The notes below the pieces were generated by a model. It saw only the letters and a list, made by a program, of their open reading frames with translations, was not told where the DNA came from and did no database searches. 64,000 nt of DNA, from assembly GCA_964474825.1 (NCBI GenBank), contig CAYYWQ010000001.1, positions 741,609 to 805,608 of the forward strand, given 5' to 3'. Shown here piece by piece: positions 27,152 to 36,031 of this stretch (its first letter is position 1; every line of letters starts with the position of its first letter). Position numbers and translations under genes: made by a program. Source of the stretch: an uncultured Candidatus Saccharibacteria bacterium (GTDB taxonomy: Bacteria; Patescibacteriota; Doudnabacteria; UBA920).

Positions 27152-28559
27152 TTGTGAATTGTCCTATAACAAATAATGCGGCAATTAAAACCGCGAAAGC
27201 CGCGGTCTGCCATGCCGATGAAAACTTAGAGAGCTTTCCGGAAGAAAAACAATAATCCGCAACCAGCAAAAAAAGAATTGCGGCAAAAGCGGTAAAAAGG
27301 GAATTAAAATACTGGCTTATAAAAGGCGCTAAGGCCGCGAAATTATAGCCATTGGAGAATATTTGGCGAAAAATATACCCTGCGTCGCTAAGCGAACCTG
27401 CGCGGAAAAAAATCCAGGCCGCGCAAATTGTTATAAAGGTGAGCAGTACTTGAACCGCCCCCCGAAAGCCATAAAATTTATTAAACCCGGTCCATTTCCA
27501 CAAATTGCCGCGTATACCCTCTGTGGCTGCAGACAAAATCAGCAAAAAGCCAAGGAGCGCCCCCCATACTACGTAAGTCCAATTTGCCCCATGCCACAAT
27601 CCGCTAATTAAAAACACGGCTAAGATATTCAAGCCCCAGCGCCATTTTGGCACGCGGCTGCCGCCCAAAGGAAAATATATATAATCACGGAACCAGCTGG
27701 ACAGGGAAATATGCCAGCGCCGCCAAAATTCACTTATGGATTTGGAAAAATAAGGCGTGTCAAAATTCACCATTAATTCAAAACCCAAAGTCCGGGCAAG
27801 TCCCCTGGCCATGTCTGAATAACCGGAAAAATCACAATAGATCTGGAAGGCAAAGAAAAAAGCGGCCAAAATAAAATACGGGCCCGAATAAGAAAGCGCG
27901 TTATTGAATATTTGGTTAACAAAAAAAGCCACGCGGTCGGCTATGACCATTTTTTTAAACAAGCCCCAAACAACCAGCCTCATTCCGCTCATAAAATTAT
28001 CCAGTTCAAACTTATGCTTTTCATAAAACTGGTGAAGCAGGTGCTGGGGGCGCTCAATCGGGCCGGCCACCAGCTGGGGGTAAAACATAACATAAAGAGC
28101 GAAAATGCCGAAATGCCGTTCAGCCTTTTGGTTACCGCGGTAGACCTCTATAATATAGCTTAAGCTTTGGAATGTATGGAAAGAAAGCCCAATGGGCAAA
28201 ACCAGGGACAAGGTTTTAAGCGAATAATTCCAATGCAAAAACTGGGCAAGGGCCGTAAGGTTAGTGCTGAAAAAATTAAAATACTTAAATAAAAAAAGGA
28301 CACCAATGTTAGACAGGATGCTTAAAATTAAAAAATACCGTTTATTCTTACCTTTAAGTTTTTCAATCCAAATACCCGCAAAATAATCTATGGTAATGGT
28401 AAGGGCAAGGATTAAGATGTATTTGGGCACAAAGCCCATGTAAAAATAGCAGCTGGCCAGCAGCAGCCAGGCCCAGCGGAAACGGTATCCCAGGAAATAA
28501 TAGACGCCCGTAACAATAGGGAAAAAAACGAAAAGAAAAAAAATGGAATTAAACAGCAT
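27123..28559 (-). CDS. MBOAT-family membrane-bound O-acyltransferase (AlgI/DltB/PatA-like), copy 1
   Basis: Polytopic. Conserved blocks FHTFQSLSYIIEVYRG, FYPQLVAGPIERP, WRRWHISLSSWFRDYIYFPLGG and WHGANWTY. Confidence 0.85.
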   Translation of the reverse strand: MLFNSIFFLFVFFPIVTGVYYFLGYRFRWAWLLLASCYFYMGFVPKYILILALTITIDYFAGIWIEKLKGKNKRYFLILSILSNIGVLFLFKYFNFFSTNLTALAQFLHWNYSLKTLSLVLPIGLSFHTFQSLSYIIEVYRGNQKAERHFGIFALYVMFYPQLVAGPIERPQHLLHQFYEKHKFELDNFMSGMRLVVWGLFKKMVIADRVAFFVNQIFNNALSYSGPYFILAAFFFAFQIYCDFSGYSDMARGLARTLGFELMVNFDTPYFSKSISEFWRRWHISLSSWFRDYIYFPLGGSRVPKWRWGLNILAVFLISGLWHGANWTYVVWGALLGFLLILSAATEGIRGNLWKWTGFNKFYGFRGAVQVLLTFITICAAWIFFRAGSLSDAGYIFRQIFSNGYNFAALAPFISQYFNSLFTAFAAILFLLVADYCFSSGKLSKFSSAWQTAAFAVLIAALFVIGQFTNAPFIYFQF

Positions 28560-28648
28560 GGATTTCAGGCTTAGCTTTCAAGCGCTTTGCAAATGTTTAT
28601 TTAGTGAAACAGGACCGGACCAAAGCTTGTGGTGATTAAATAAAACGT

Positions 28649-29326
28649 TCATATGTTTGCCACTTTCTCGTAAAATGTTTTATAAAATCCTTCCGGGTCA
28701 GAACCTACCAATAAATAAGGAATACCCGCGGCAGTTGCCGCTTGGCCTTCGCATTCCTGCCGGTCGCCAATAACTAAAGTTTGTTCTTTGTTTACTCCCA
28801 AACTTTCTAAGGCCAGTAAAAATCCGGCAGGATCCGGCTTAAACTTGTTAATTGCAGGGTCTGTAGAGGAAAAAACCGCGTCTGCCTGTAAATTCAGGGC
28901 TTTTAATTTTTCTTCTGCCGGGTAGTCTGAAACAACGGCAATCTTAATCCCTTTTTGCCTTAAAATTAAAAATAATTCCGAAACTCCGCTAAAACGGCAT
29001 TGTGCTAAATATTTTAAAGGCCGGACATGCATCCACTCCTCTACGGCTTGTTTAACCGCCTGGGCTGAGACATTTAAAGAACTTGCCGGCCATTCATACT
29101 GAGCTTGCTCCAAATTAGGCACGTTCAATGCGCGGTTTTTTTCGCGAAGCCTGCGAAACTTGTAAACCATTAAAAGTTCAGAAATTTTTTGCGGATGGAG
29201 GAAAAAATATTTCAGCAGGTCCCAAAACATTTTACTGCGCATTTTTTTTAAGTCATACAAAGTGCCGTCTACGTCAAAAATTACGGCTTTAATATTTTGT
29301 AAGTCTGCCCCAAAATCTTTTTCCAT
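28649..29326 (-). CDS. HAD-superfamily hydrolase
   Basis: VIFDVDGTLYD motif I at the N-terminus. The C-terminal region ends in LVIGD, fitting HAD motif IV. Confidence 0.7.
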   Translation of the reverse strand: MEKDFGADLQNIKAVIFDVDGTLYDLKKMRSKMFWDLLKYFFLHPQKISELLMVYKFRRLREKNRALNVPNLEQAQYEWPASSLNVSAQAVKQAVEEWMHVRPLKYLAQCRFSGVSELFLILRQKGIKIAVVSDYPAEEKLKALNLQADAVFSSTDPAINKFKPDPAGFLLALESLGVNKEQTLVIGDRQECEGQAATAAGIPYLLVGSDPEGFYKTFYEKVANI

Positions 29327-29328
29327 AA

Positions 29329-30261
29329 TTAACTATGGCTGACAAATGAGTTGGTTAAAAACCAGCGCAAGGTTGGCCATTCTACAAAAAATAAAGCCGC
29401 GGCAACAACAATGGTAAAAATTACAAAAGCCATAAATGCCTTTTGTTTGTAAAGCTGTTCCGGGCGCTGGGCTGCCGAGTCCTCGCCCATGCCAATACGC
29501 AAGTACCAGGCAAACATTAATGCGAACAGCGGTAAACTCAGGAGCAGCTCTATGCGGTACTTTATCATGAACACGCCAAAGAAAAAGGCAAAGCACATAG
29601 CGTAAAATAAAATCGAGATGAGCAGGTTTTCTTCGGTATAAAACAAAAATGAACGGCGGTAAAGCGCGGCAGTTGCCTTGTCCGCAATAAGGCGGATTTC
29701 CGCGTAACGCTTAACAGCCATTAAAAACGCGCCACCCATCCAGTAAGCGACAACAAGGCTGGAAGGCGGCAATGGCAAAGCCGTAACTATAAACCACCCC
29801 AGGAGCAAACGAATAGGGTTGTTTATAGACTCGGTCAATACATCTAAATAAGCCTTGTCTTTGGTGCGGACGGGTTTTATGTTGTAAGCCGCACCCATAA
29901 CTAAAAGAAACAGCGCGACTAAAAAAAACTCCAAAGAAACTAACCAGGAAAGTCCTAAGCCGAGGAGTGACAGCAATAAATATTGCAACCGAACTCCCAT
30001 GGCAGAAATATGACCCTGCACGCTGGGCCTGTGTTTTTTTAAAGGATGGTGCTGGTCAAATTCCGCGTCCAGCCATTCGTTAATTGTGTAGTTGGCCGAA
30101 GTAATTAAGCAGACCGCCACTACCCCTAAAACAAAATCCGGCAGTATTCCCTGCCAGGGTTTGTGGGTTAGCAGCAAAGCCAAAACCGTGCCTGGTAAAA
30201 TAAAAACATTCTTAAACCAATGGCTCGGACGGGCAATAGCAACGTAGTGTTTTAGTGGCAT
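29329..30261 (-). CDS. UbiA-family prenyltransferase, resembling decaprenyl-phosphate phosphoribosyltransferases (DPPR-synthase subfamily)
   Basis: About 8 TM helices. Asp-rich motif NEWLDAEFDQHHPLKKHRP matches the NDxxDxxxD...HPxK..RP pattern recalled for DPPR synthases. Confidence 0.7.
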   Translation of the reverse strand: MPLKHYVAIARPSHWFKNVFILPGTVLALLLTHKPWQGILPDFVLGVVAVCLITSANYTINEWLDAEFDQHHPLKKHRPSVQGHISAMGVRLQYLLLSLLGLGLSWLVSLEFFLVALFLLVMGAAYNIKPVRTKDKAYLDVLTESINNPIRLLLGWFIVTALPLPPSSLVVAYWMGGAFLMAVKRYAEIRLIADKATAALYRRSFLFYTEENLLISILFYAMCFAFFFGVFMIKYRIELLLSLPLFALMFAWYLRIGMGEDSAAQRPEQLYKQKAFMAFVIFTIVVAAALFFVEWPTLRWFLTNSFVSHS

Positions 30262-30327
30262 TTATAATCAAATTACACTATAAATATACCATAATGCCCT
30301 GCTATTGGCCATTACCGATAATGCAAA

Positions 30328-31206
30328 TTATTCACTTATCTTTTTAAAAACCATGAACATGGAATCCCCTAAGTTTAGCGGAACAGTCCATTTGGCTAAA
30401 AATTTGGGGGCAGGCAAGCGCAAAAATTTTGGCAAATAAGTATTTATTCTTTTAAGTAAATAATCCCCGGCAAAATACCATTTGGCGCGGCCTTGATACA
30501 AAGGCTTAAGTCCGGCTTTGCTTGCGGCGAGCTTTAAAGTTTTTTTGTTAAAGTAACCAATATGCGCCACGCGGAAATGCCACCAGCGGAAACCTAAAAT
30601 TTTTGGCACCAGCGCCCCTACGTCCGGAGTTATAACTGCAATTATTCCGTTTGGCTTGAGGGCTTTAGCCATGTCGCCCAAAAGCCCAACAGGATCACTA
30701 ACATGTTCTATAACATCTATTAAAGTTATTACGTCAAAGGGTCCAGGCAAATCCGCATGAGGGAAAATACCAAGTGACACCGGTAATTTTTGCTCCAAAG
30801 CTTTTTGCTGCAGCCACTTGGACGGCTCCACGCCTTTTGCCGCAAAACCCATTTTTAAGGCCTGCTCCACTAAAATTCCGCTACCGGCCCCAATGTCCAG
30901 CAAGCTGCCCGAGCCTTTATATTTTTTTACTACTGCCAAAATCTTTTTTGCCTGAAGCCCCCGTTCGCTTCGGTTTTGTTCGTAGCCTGGGTCTTCCAAG
31001 TTTTCGTAAAAATTTAAAACGTCGTTTAAACTGGTGCACAGAATAAAGCCGCAGGCTTGGCATTTGGCCAGCTCCCCTGTTACGCCGTATGTGCTGTCGG
31101 TTATGGCAAAAGCCTGGCTACTAACTTTGCCCGCAATATTGCTAGGTTTTATAATTTTTAAATTATTACTTTGGCAGAGCCAGCATTTAGTGTCTGATGT
31201 TTGCAT
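30328..31206 (-). CDS. Class I SAM-dependent methyltransferase with an N-terminal zinc ribbon
   Basis: CWLCQSN...CQACGF zinc ribbon. LLDIGAGSGILVEQALKMG SAM-binding motif I. Confidence 0.75.
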   Translation of the reverse strand: MQTSDTKCWLCQSNNLKIIKPSNIAGKVSSQAFAITDSTYGVTGELAKCQACGFILCTSLNDVLNFYENLEDPGYEQNRSERGLQAKKILAVVKKYKGSGSLLDIGAGSGILVEQALKMGFAAKGVEPSKWLQQKALEQKLPVSLGIFPHADLPGPFDVITLIDVIEHVSDPVGLLGDMAKALKPNGIIAVITPDVGALVPKILGFRWWHFRVAHIGYFNKKTLKLAASKAGLKPLYQGRAKWYFAGDYLLKRINTYLPKFLRLPAPKFLAKWTVPLNLGDSMFMVFKKISE

Positions 31207-31212
31207 TGTAAA

Positions 31213-33129
31213 CTATTGTTTAGTGGCTAAATCTAAAACAAAAATCTTCCCGTCGTCATAAATTCTTTTTCTGGTTTTACCAAGCTCAAACATATTGTCC
31301 TGGAAATCCACCGTGAACTTGGCTTCACTGCGGATCCAGGCATTCATGGTTGGAGCCAGGCGAATAGCCATTTCTTCTTTAGGGAATGCAGATTGGTTGG
31401 CGTAAGCATAAGCAAAATAACGCACGGAATGACTAACCAAATAATCCGACAAAGCTTCAGGCCCCTTAAAAGCCGGCATGCCCGGAGGCAGGCTGGCACT
31501 GCCGGGATAATCAAAAATGTAAACCTGGTTACGGTTAAAATTGAGCAAAAAAGGTTTTTCCAAACGTTCGCCCAAAATTGCGCCCGCAGGCACAGATTCC
31601 TGCAAGGCTTTGGTAACTTGTAGCTCTTCCGCGGAAACCGAAGGAGTGTTATGCAGCGAGTCCGCGACCGCGGTAATTGTAAATTTTACCCTGCCAAAAA
31701 ATTCTCCCAAAGCCGCGCCCATTAAAATTCCCACAAGCACATAGGCAAAAGTTTTCATTTTAATTTCCGGAAAAATTGAAGTATATGAATCGCCGTGTTT
31801 CAAAAGTTCAATTAGCACGGCAATTATAGCGGAAAAAAGAAAAGCAAAAGTGTAACGGTAAACCCCGTAACCTCCGGTGGAAAACGAGGCTATAGCCACC
31901 GCGGCAACAGTAACGCCCAATATTAATTTAAGGCGGTTATGCCTGGCTTTAGGCGGACGAGAAGTAAAAGAATAAAATAATCCGAATGCCAAAACAAAAA
32001 ACAAATAGTTAATTAGCTGAAAGCCTAAAGTTAAAATAGTGGTAGGATTTAAATCTTGGTAGCCGTTTAAATAACCCGGGTAAGCAGAACCATGAAAGCC
32101 TTTTCCTAAAATTGGATAGAGTAATGTTCCGGAAGAAGCCAACATAGAAAACATAAACGGCAAAAGCAAAACTAAGGCCAGTGCTCCGGCAATTGCCGCT
32201 TGCTTTATTACTTTGCCGGAATTACTACTTTGGCGCGCTAAATTAAAATAATATGCGGTTACTAAAATAACAGTAAAAGGAATTAAAGAAGACTTAAGGG
32301 TAATTATAACGAACGCGAGCAGACCAATACTTATAGTGCGACCAATTTCTGAATATCCGGAATGGTTTTCCCAAAAAAACAGCACACGGATTAAACTTAA
32401 AATTATTGCCATTGCCAAAACTACGCTGGTAATATTTACGGTGGAAGCGCCAACCAATAAGCAGGTAAAAACCAGCCAGGCACCAACTCGGCGGGAAATA
32501 GTGCTCTCCTTAAGCCAGCCAATTAGCACCAGTAAAAAAATTATAAGACCAACGCCCTGGTCTATTAAAGCCAGGTTGTTCCAGGAAAAAGGGAATAAAA
32601 CAAAAATGTCCAAAAAAATCTGGCCGCCCAGGGAGTTAACCACTCGGCGCTCGCTAAACGGGTCTATGCCAAAATTTCCGGTTTGCGCGGTTTTTCCCAC
32701 AAGCGCAAAATATCCCTGGAAATCGTCTTGCCCGTTATAACTATAATGCGTAGGCGAAACCGATTGGCAATACTTTATTAAAAACAAAGAAAAAACCGCC
32801 AGGAGCGCAAACGCGAACAACTTGTCTTTTCTTAAGAGTCCAAACCCCTGCGTAACCGCTAAAACAGATTTTTTGCCATCCCAAACCAGAAAACCTAAAA
32901 ATAAAATCAATCCCAAAACAATAAAAGCATAAATACCCGTAGGCACAATGGCATGAAAAATATTTAACACTCCCCCAAAAGCCACAGCAGCAGCTACCCC
33001 GAGCGCAGCCTTTGTCCCTGCATCAACCTGCCTTTGGCGCAACAACTTTGCCAAAGCACCACCCCAACCAATAAAAGAAAGCACTAATACAAAACCCCAA
33101 CCAAACACCAACCAATAACCTTGTGTCAT
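31213..33129 (-). CDS. Large polytopic membrane protein, putative GT-C-type (polyprenyl-phosphate-sugar dependent) glycosyltransferase
   Basis: At least 12 predicted TM helices, followed by a C-terminal soluble domain of about 170 aa. No direct motif evidence. Confidence 0.4.
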   Translation of the reverse strand: MTQGYWLVFGWGFVLVLSFIGWGGALAKLLRQRQVDAGTKAALGVAAAVAFGGVLNIFHAIVPTGIYAFIVLGLILFLGFLVWDGKKSVLAVTQGFGLLRKDKLFAFALLAVFSLFLIKYCQSVSPTHYSYNGQDDFQGYFALVGKTAQTGNFGIDPFSERRVVNSLGGQIFLDIFVLFPFSWNNLALIDQGVGLIIFLLVLIGWLKESTISRRVGAWLVFTCLLVGASTVNITSVVLAMAIILSLIRVLFFWENHSGYSEIGRTISIGLLAFVIITLKSSLIPFTVILVTAYYFNLARQSSNSGKVIKQAAIAGALALVLLLPFMFSMLASSGTLLYPILGKGFHGSAYPGYLNGYQDLNPTTILTLGFQLINYLFFVLAFGLFYSFTSRPPKARHNRLKLILGVTVAAVAIASFSTGGYGVYRYTFAFLFSAIIAVLIELLKHGDSYTSIFPEIKMKTFAYVLVGILMGAALGEFFGRVKFTITAVADSLHNTPSVSAEELQVTKALQESVPAGAILGERLEKPFLLNFNRNQVYIFDYPGSASLPPGMPAFKGPEALSDYLVSHSVRYFAYAYANQSAFPKEEMAIRLAPTMNAWIRSEAKFTVDFQDNMFELGKTRKRIYDDGKIFVLDLATKQ

Positions 33130-33138
33130 AAAAAGATT

Positions 33139-34077
33139 TTATTGATAAATAATTTCAAAAGCTTTACAAATATTTATTAATTTATTCATATACGTTTGGC
33201 TTTTCACAATCTCCTGCTGGCGGGTAACTATGTTTATGTAGTCATTTTTAGATAAAGATAATACTTTATCAGCAAGTTCTAATATACTATCGCCACCAAT
33301 ATTACAGCCCACAAATAATTCTTCAAATTTTTTTACGTTAGAAAAACCGAGTTGGCCGTAGGAAATATTTTTAAACATTCGGCAGGGCAAATAGTTGTTC
33401 TCGGCTTGCCAGCGGCCGACTATGGCAGGAGCTAAACGGGAGTGACGGATTAGGACTTTATTTAACCATACAGGAATAAACCGCAAAGCCCAAAAGCGCA
33501 GACCGTGGGCTTTTAAAGCTTGTTTAAGCTCGTTTATTTCATTCATATTACCTTGGTTTAAGGCATTATCCCAAACGCTGCCTATAAAGAAAACATTTTT
33601 ATTGGTGTTATAAACTGGTTTGCCAAACTCCCACGGCAGTAAATTTGTTCCCCAGGGCTGGTATAAAGTTTGGGTATTTTTGTTAAAAAAAGTTACGGCA
33701 TCCCATTTCTCCCCTGATTTTTCCGCCGCATTCGTGTAAACCTGCAAATTCAATAAATATTTACGGTCAATTTTTTCCAAAACATTTGCCGGAAAATTAT
33801 GTAAACAATAAAACACGCCCGGTTTAATTGGCAAAAAACATTCACTCACGCCCCTGCCGGAAACAAAAGCAGAAATAACCAAATCTCCGGCCTCAATTAA
33901 ATTGGCCTGACTAGAATTATAATCTGCCCAAACTACCTCAGTCCCTAAACGCTTCAGCGTTTGGTAAAAGCCCGCGTGAATGTAGCGATGGGTATGGTAC
34001 TGGCGTCTCAGCCCCCAAATTACCACTTTGCGGTATTTGGAAATATGATTTTTAAAAACTTCCAGGGAGTTGTCCAT
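33139..34077 (-). CDS. Hypothetical protein, possibly glycosyltransferase-like
   Basis: 312 aa, soluble. Tightly packed between a GT2 and the GT-C-like gene. No motif recognised. Confidence 0.45.
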   Translation of the reverse strand: MDNSLEVFKNHISKYRKVVIWGLRRQYHTHRYIHAGFYQTLKRLGTEVVWADYNSSQANLIEAGDLVISAFVSGRGVSECFLPIKPGVFYCLHNFPANVLEKIDRKYLLNLQVYTNAAEKSGEKWDAVTFFNKNTQTLYQPWGTNLLPWEFGKPVYNTNKNVFFIGSVWDNALNQGNMNEINELKQALKAHGLRFWALRFIPVWLNKVLIRHSRLAPAIVGRWQAENNYLPCRMFKNISYGQLGFSNVKKFEELFVGCNIGGDSILELADKVLSLSKNDYINIVTRQQEIVKSQTYMNKLINICKAFEIIYQ

Positions 34078-34084
34078 AAAATTA

Positions 34085-34921
34085 CTATTCTATCCAATTA
34101 CCGCGCCCTAGTTTAAACAGTTTATTCAGCGGCTTAAAAATTACTGCGTTAATGAAACGCTCAAAAGTGTATTCCTTACTGTAGTTCTGGAATATTTTTT
34201 GAATTTCTGCGTTGGCTCTTTCCGCGAATAAATTAGAGATTGTATTAGGGTGAGTGCGATAAAAAGACAATGCCTGGCCAGTAAAAACCACTTTAACTTT
34301 TTTAAAAACCCTAAACCAGTATTCGTAATCCATAACATTCTTATACTCCTCGCTAAAACCGCCGTAGCGATTAAACACGCTTTTAGCAACATAAGTGGAA
34401 GGGTGTGGAATACCGTTGGTAAAAAACAGAAAATTTTTGTAAAACTTCTTTTGTAAAAAACGGCGGAATTTATTTTTCGGCCAAATAAGCTGTGGACCAT
34501 TGGCTCCGGTAAACATACAATCACCCACTACTATTTCCGCTTTTGTTGTTTCAAAAATATTTTTAACTTTTAAAAGCGTGCTGCTCTCAAATAAATAATC
34601 ATCGCTATGCAGGCAAAGAATAACCTGCCCTTTAGCCTGGCTAATGCCAAAATTCATAGCCTGGGCTATTCCTTTTGCGGGCTGCTCAAAGACCCTAACC
34701 TGCTCAGGAGATTGCGTCTGATATTTTTTTATAATCTCAATAGTGCCGTCGCTGGAAGTTGCGTCCACAAAAATATGTTCAAAACCGCGAAAATTTTGCT
34801 CCTGCAAAGACTTAATATTGTCTTGCAAAAACTCCGCGCTATTGTAAGTGCAGGTAATAATACTAAAAAAAGGTTGCTTGGATGAGTTCATAAATCTTTT
34901 ATGGCCTGACAATAAAATCAC
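34085..34921 (-). CDS. Glycosyltransferase family 2
   Basis: FSIITCTYNSAEFLQDNIKSLQEQNF...IFVDATSSDGT N-terminal GT-A signature. Confidence 0.8.
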   Translation of the reverse strand: MILLSGHKRFMNSSKQPFFSIITCTYNSAEFLQDNIKSLQEQNFRGFEHIFVDATSSDGTIEIIKKYQTQSPEQVRVFEQPAKGIAQAMNFGISQAKGQVILCLHSDDYLFESSTLLKVKNIFETTKAEIVVGDCMFTGANGPQLIWPKNKFRRFLQKKFYKNFLFFTNGIPHPSTYVAKSVFNRYGGFSEEYKNVMDYEYWFRVFKKVKVVFTGQALSFYRTHPNTISNLFAERANAEIQKIFQNYSKEYTFERFINAVIFKPLNKLFKLGRGNWIE

Positions 34922-36029
34922 TTTCCCGGTTTTTTAAAAGTTCCTTTAGACTTTTTTGGTCAACATACTGACTAAGGGTTTTTTCGCGCTCTGCCATATT
35001 TATTAAAATGCGCAAATAAGTTACGTCGCTGCCATGAAAACCGTCTATAGCTTCTTTGTCACTGGAGCCCACACTGCTAATGTTAGTAAAATCAAAAAAT
35101 GGGTAATTATAACTTTGGAAAATTGGAAACAGCTCTTTAGGCAGCTTTTCTATATAACCATACTTACCGCTCTCTTCCATTTTTTCTAGAGCAACTTGTG
35201 CGTAAGGCGGCAGGAAAGCTACCACATAAACATCCTTTTCTTTAGTGTACCTTAACAAACTTTTAAGCGCCACCAGGGCGTTTTGATTAACTTCCTCGCC
35301 ATATTCAAACTTGGCCGTGCCCGCGTTAATTCTTTCTACAATGTTTTCAAATCTGGAGGGGCTCGGATTTTTAATTTCTTTGGTGTATAAATAACTGCCG
35401 TCCGGCAAATAGCCGTCGCCATTTACTATTGCCTGGAGCCCAATTGCGCTGCCTTTGTAGGAAAAAATGGTTTTTAAATTTACTTTTCCTTTTACTATGT
35501 CCGAAAGCGCGTCATAAAGCATGTTTTGATGGTGGTTGGGGTAAGTGTCTGCGAAAGAATGCGGCGTTAAAAAAGATTTGCTGGCAACAAAATTCGCGGG
35601 AGGAGTCCTCATATTGTCCCAGTTGGCGTTAAAGGAATACTGGTCTAATCCCACAATAACCACTTTTGGTTTTTGTTCATCCGGTATTCCGCGCAAAAAA
35701 GCTTCAAAATTAACAATTTTTGCAACTGCGCCCCCGGCATTGTAAAAAGGCTCGGTAAAAAAATAGTCGCGGAATTGCATAACCCGTGAAGAACCCAAGG
35801 CCAAAATTTGGGGTCTTAGTTTTACAGTAGTTAAAAATTTATACTGGGGATTAGGTTCACTGTAAGCCAGCCCAACCAAGCTGTGGTCTTTTTGCTGCCT
35901 CTCTATAACTGCATCCAGGGACAATAGCTCCCCGCTTTTATAGAGCAGAAGCAAAGGCAATAATACCAAAACCGCAACAGGTAGCCACAAAAGAAAACTT
36001 TTAACAAATAATTTTGAATTAGCAGTCAT
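34899..36029 (-). CDS. Membrane-anchored periplasmic partner of MBOAT copy 2 (AlgJ/DltD-like, SGNH/DHHW-type)
   Basis: N-terminal anchor (FLLWLPVAVLVLLPLLLL). A DGFHGSD motif is near the C-terminus. It lies immediately downstream of the second MBOAT gene. Confidence 0.45.
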   Translation of the reverse strand: MTANSKLFVKSFLLWLPVAVLVLLPLLLLYKSGELLSLDAVIERQQKDHSLVGLAYSEPNPQYKFLTTVKLRPQILALGSSRVMQFRDYFFTEPFYNAGGAVAKIVNFEAFLRGIPDEQKPKVVIVGLDQYSFNANWDNMRTPPANFVASKSFLTPHSFADTYPNHHQNMLYDALSDIVKGKVNLKTIFSYKGSAIGLQAIVNGDGYLPDGSYLYTKEIKNPSPSRFENIVERINAGTAKFEYGEEVNQNALVALKSLLRYTKEKDVYVVAFLPPYAQVALEKMEESGKYGYIEKLPKELFPIFQSYNYPFFDFTNISSVGSSDKEAIDGFHGSDVTYLRILINMAEREKTLSQYVDQKSLKELLKNRESDFIVRP

Positions 36030-36031
36030 GT

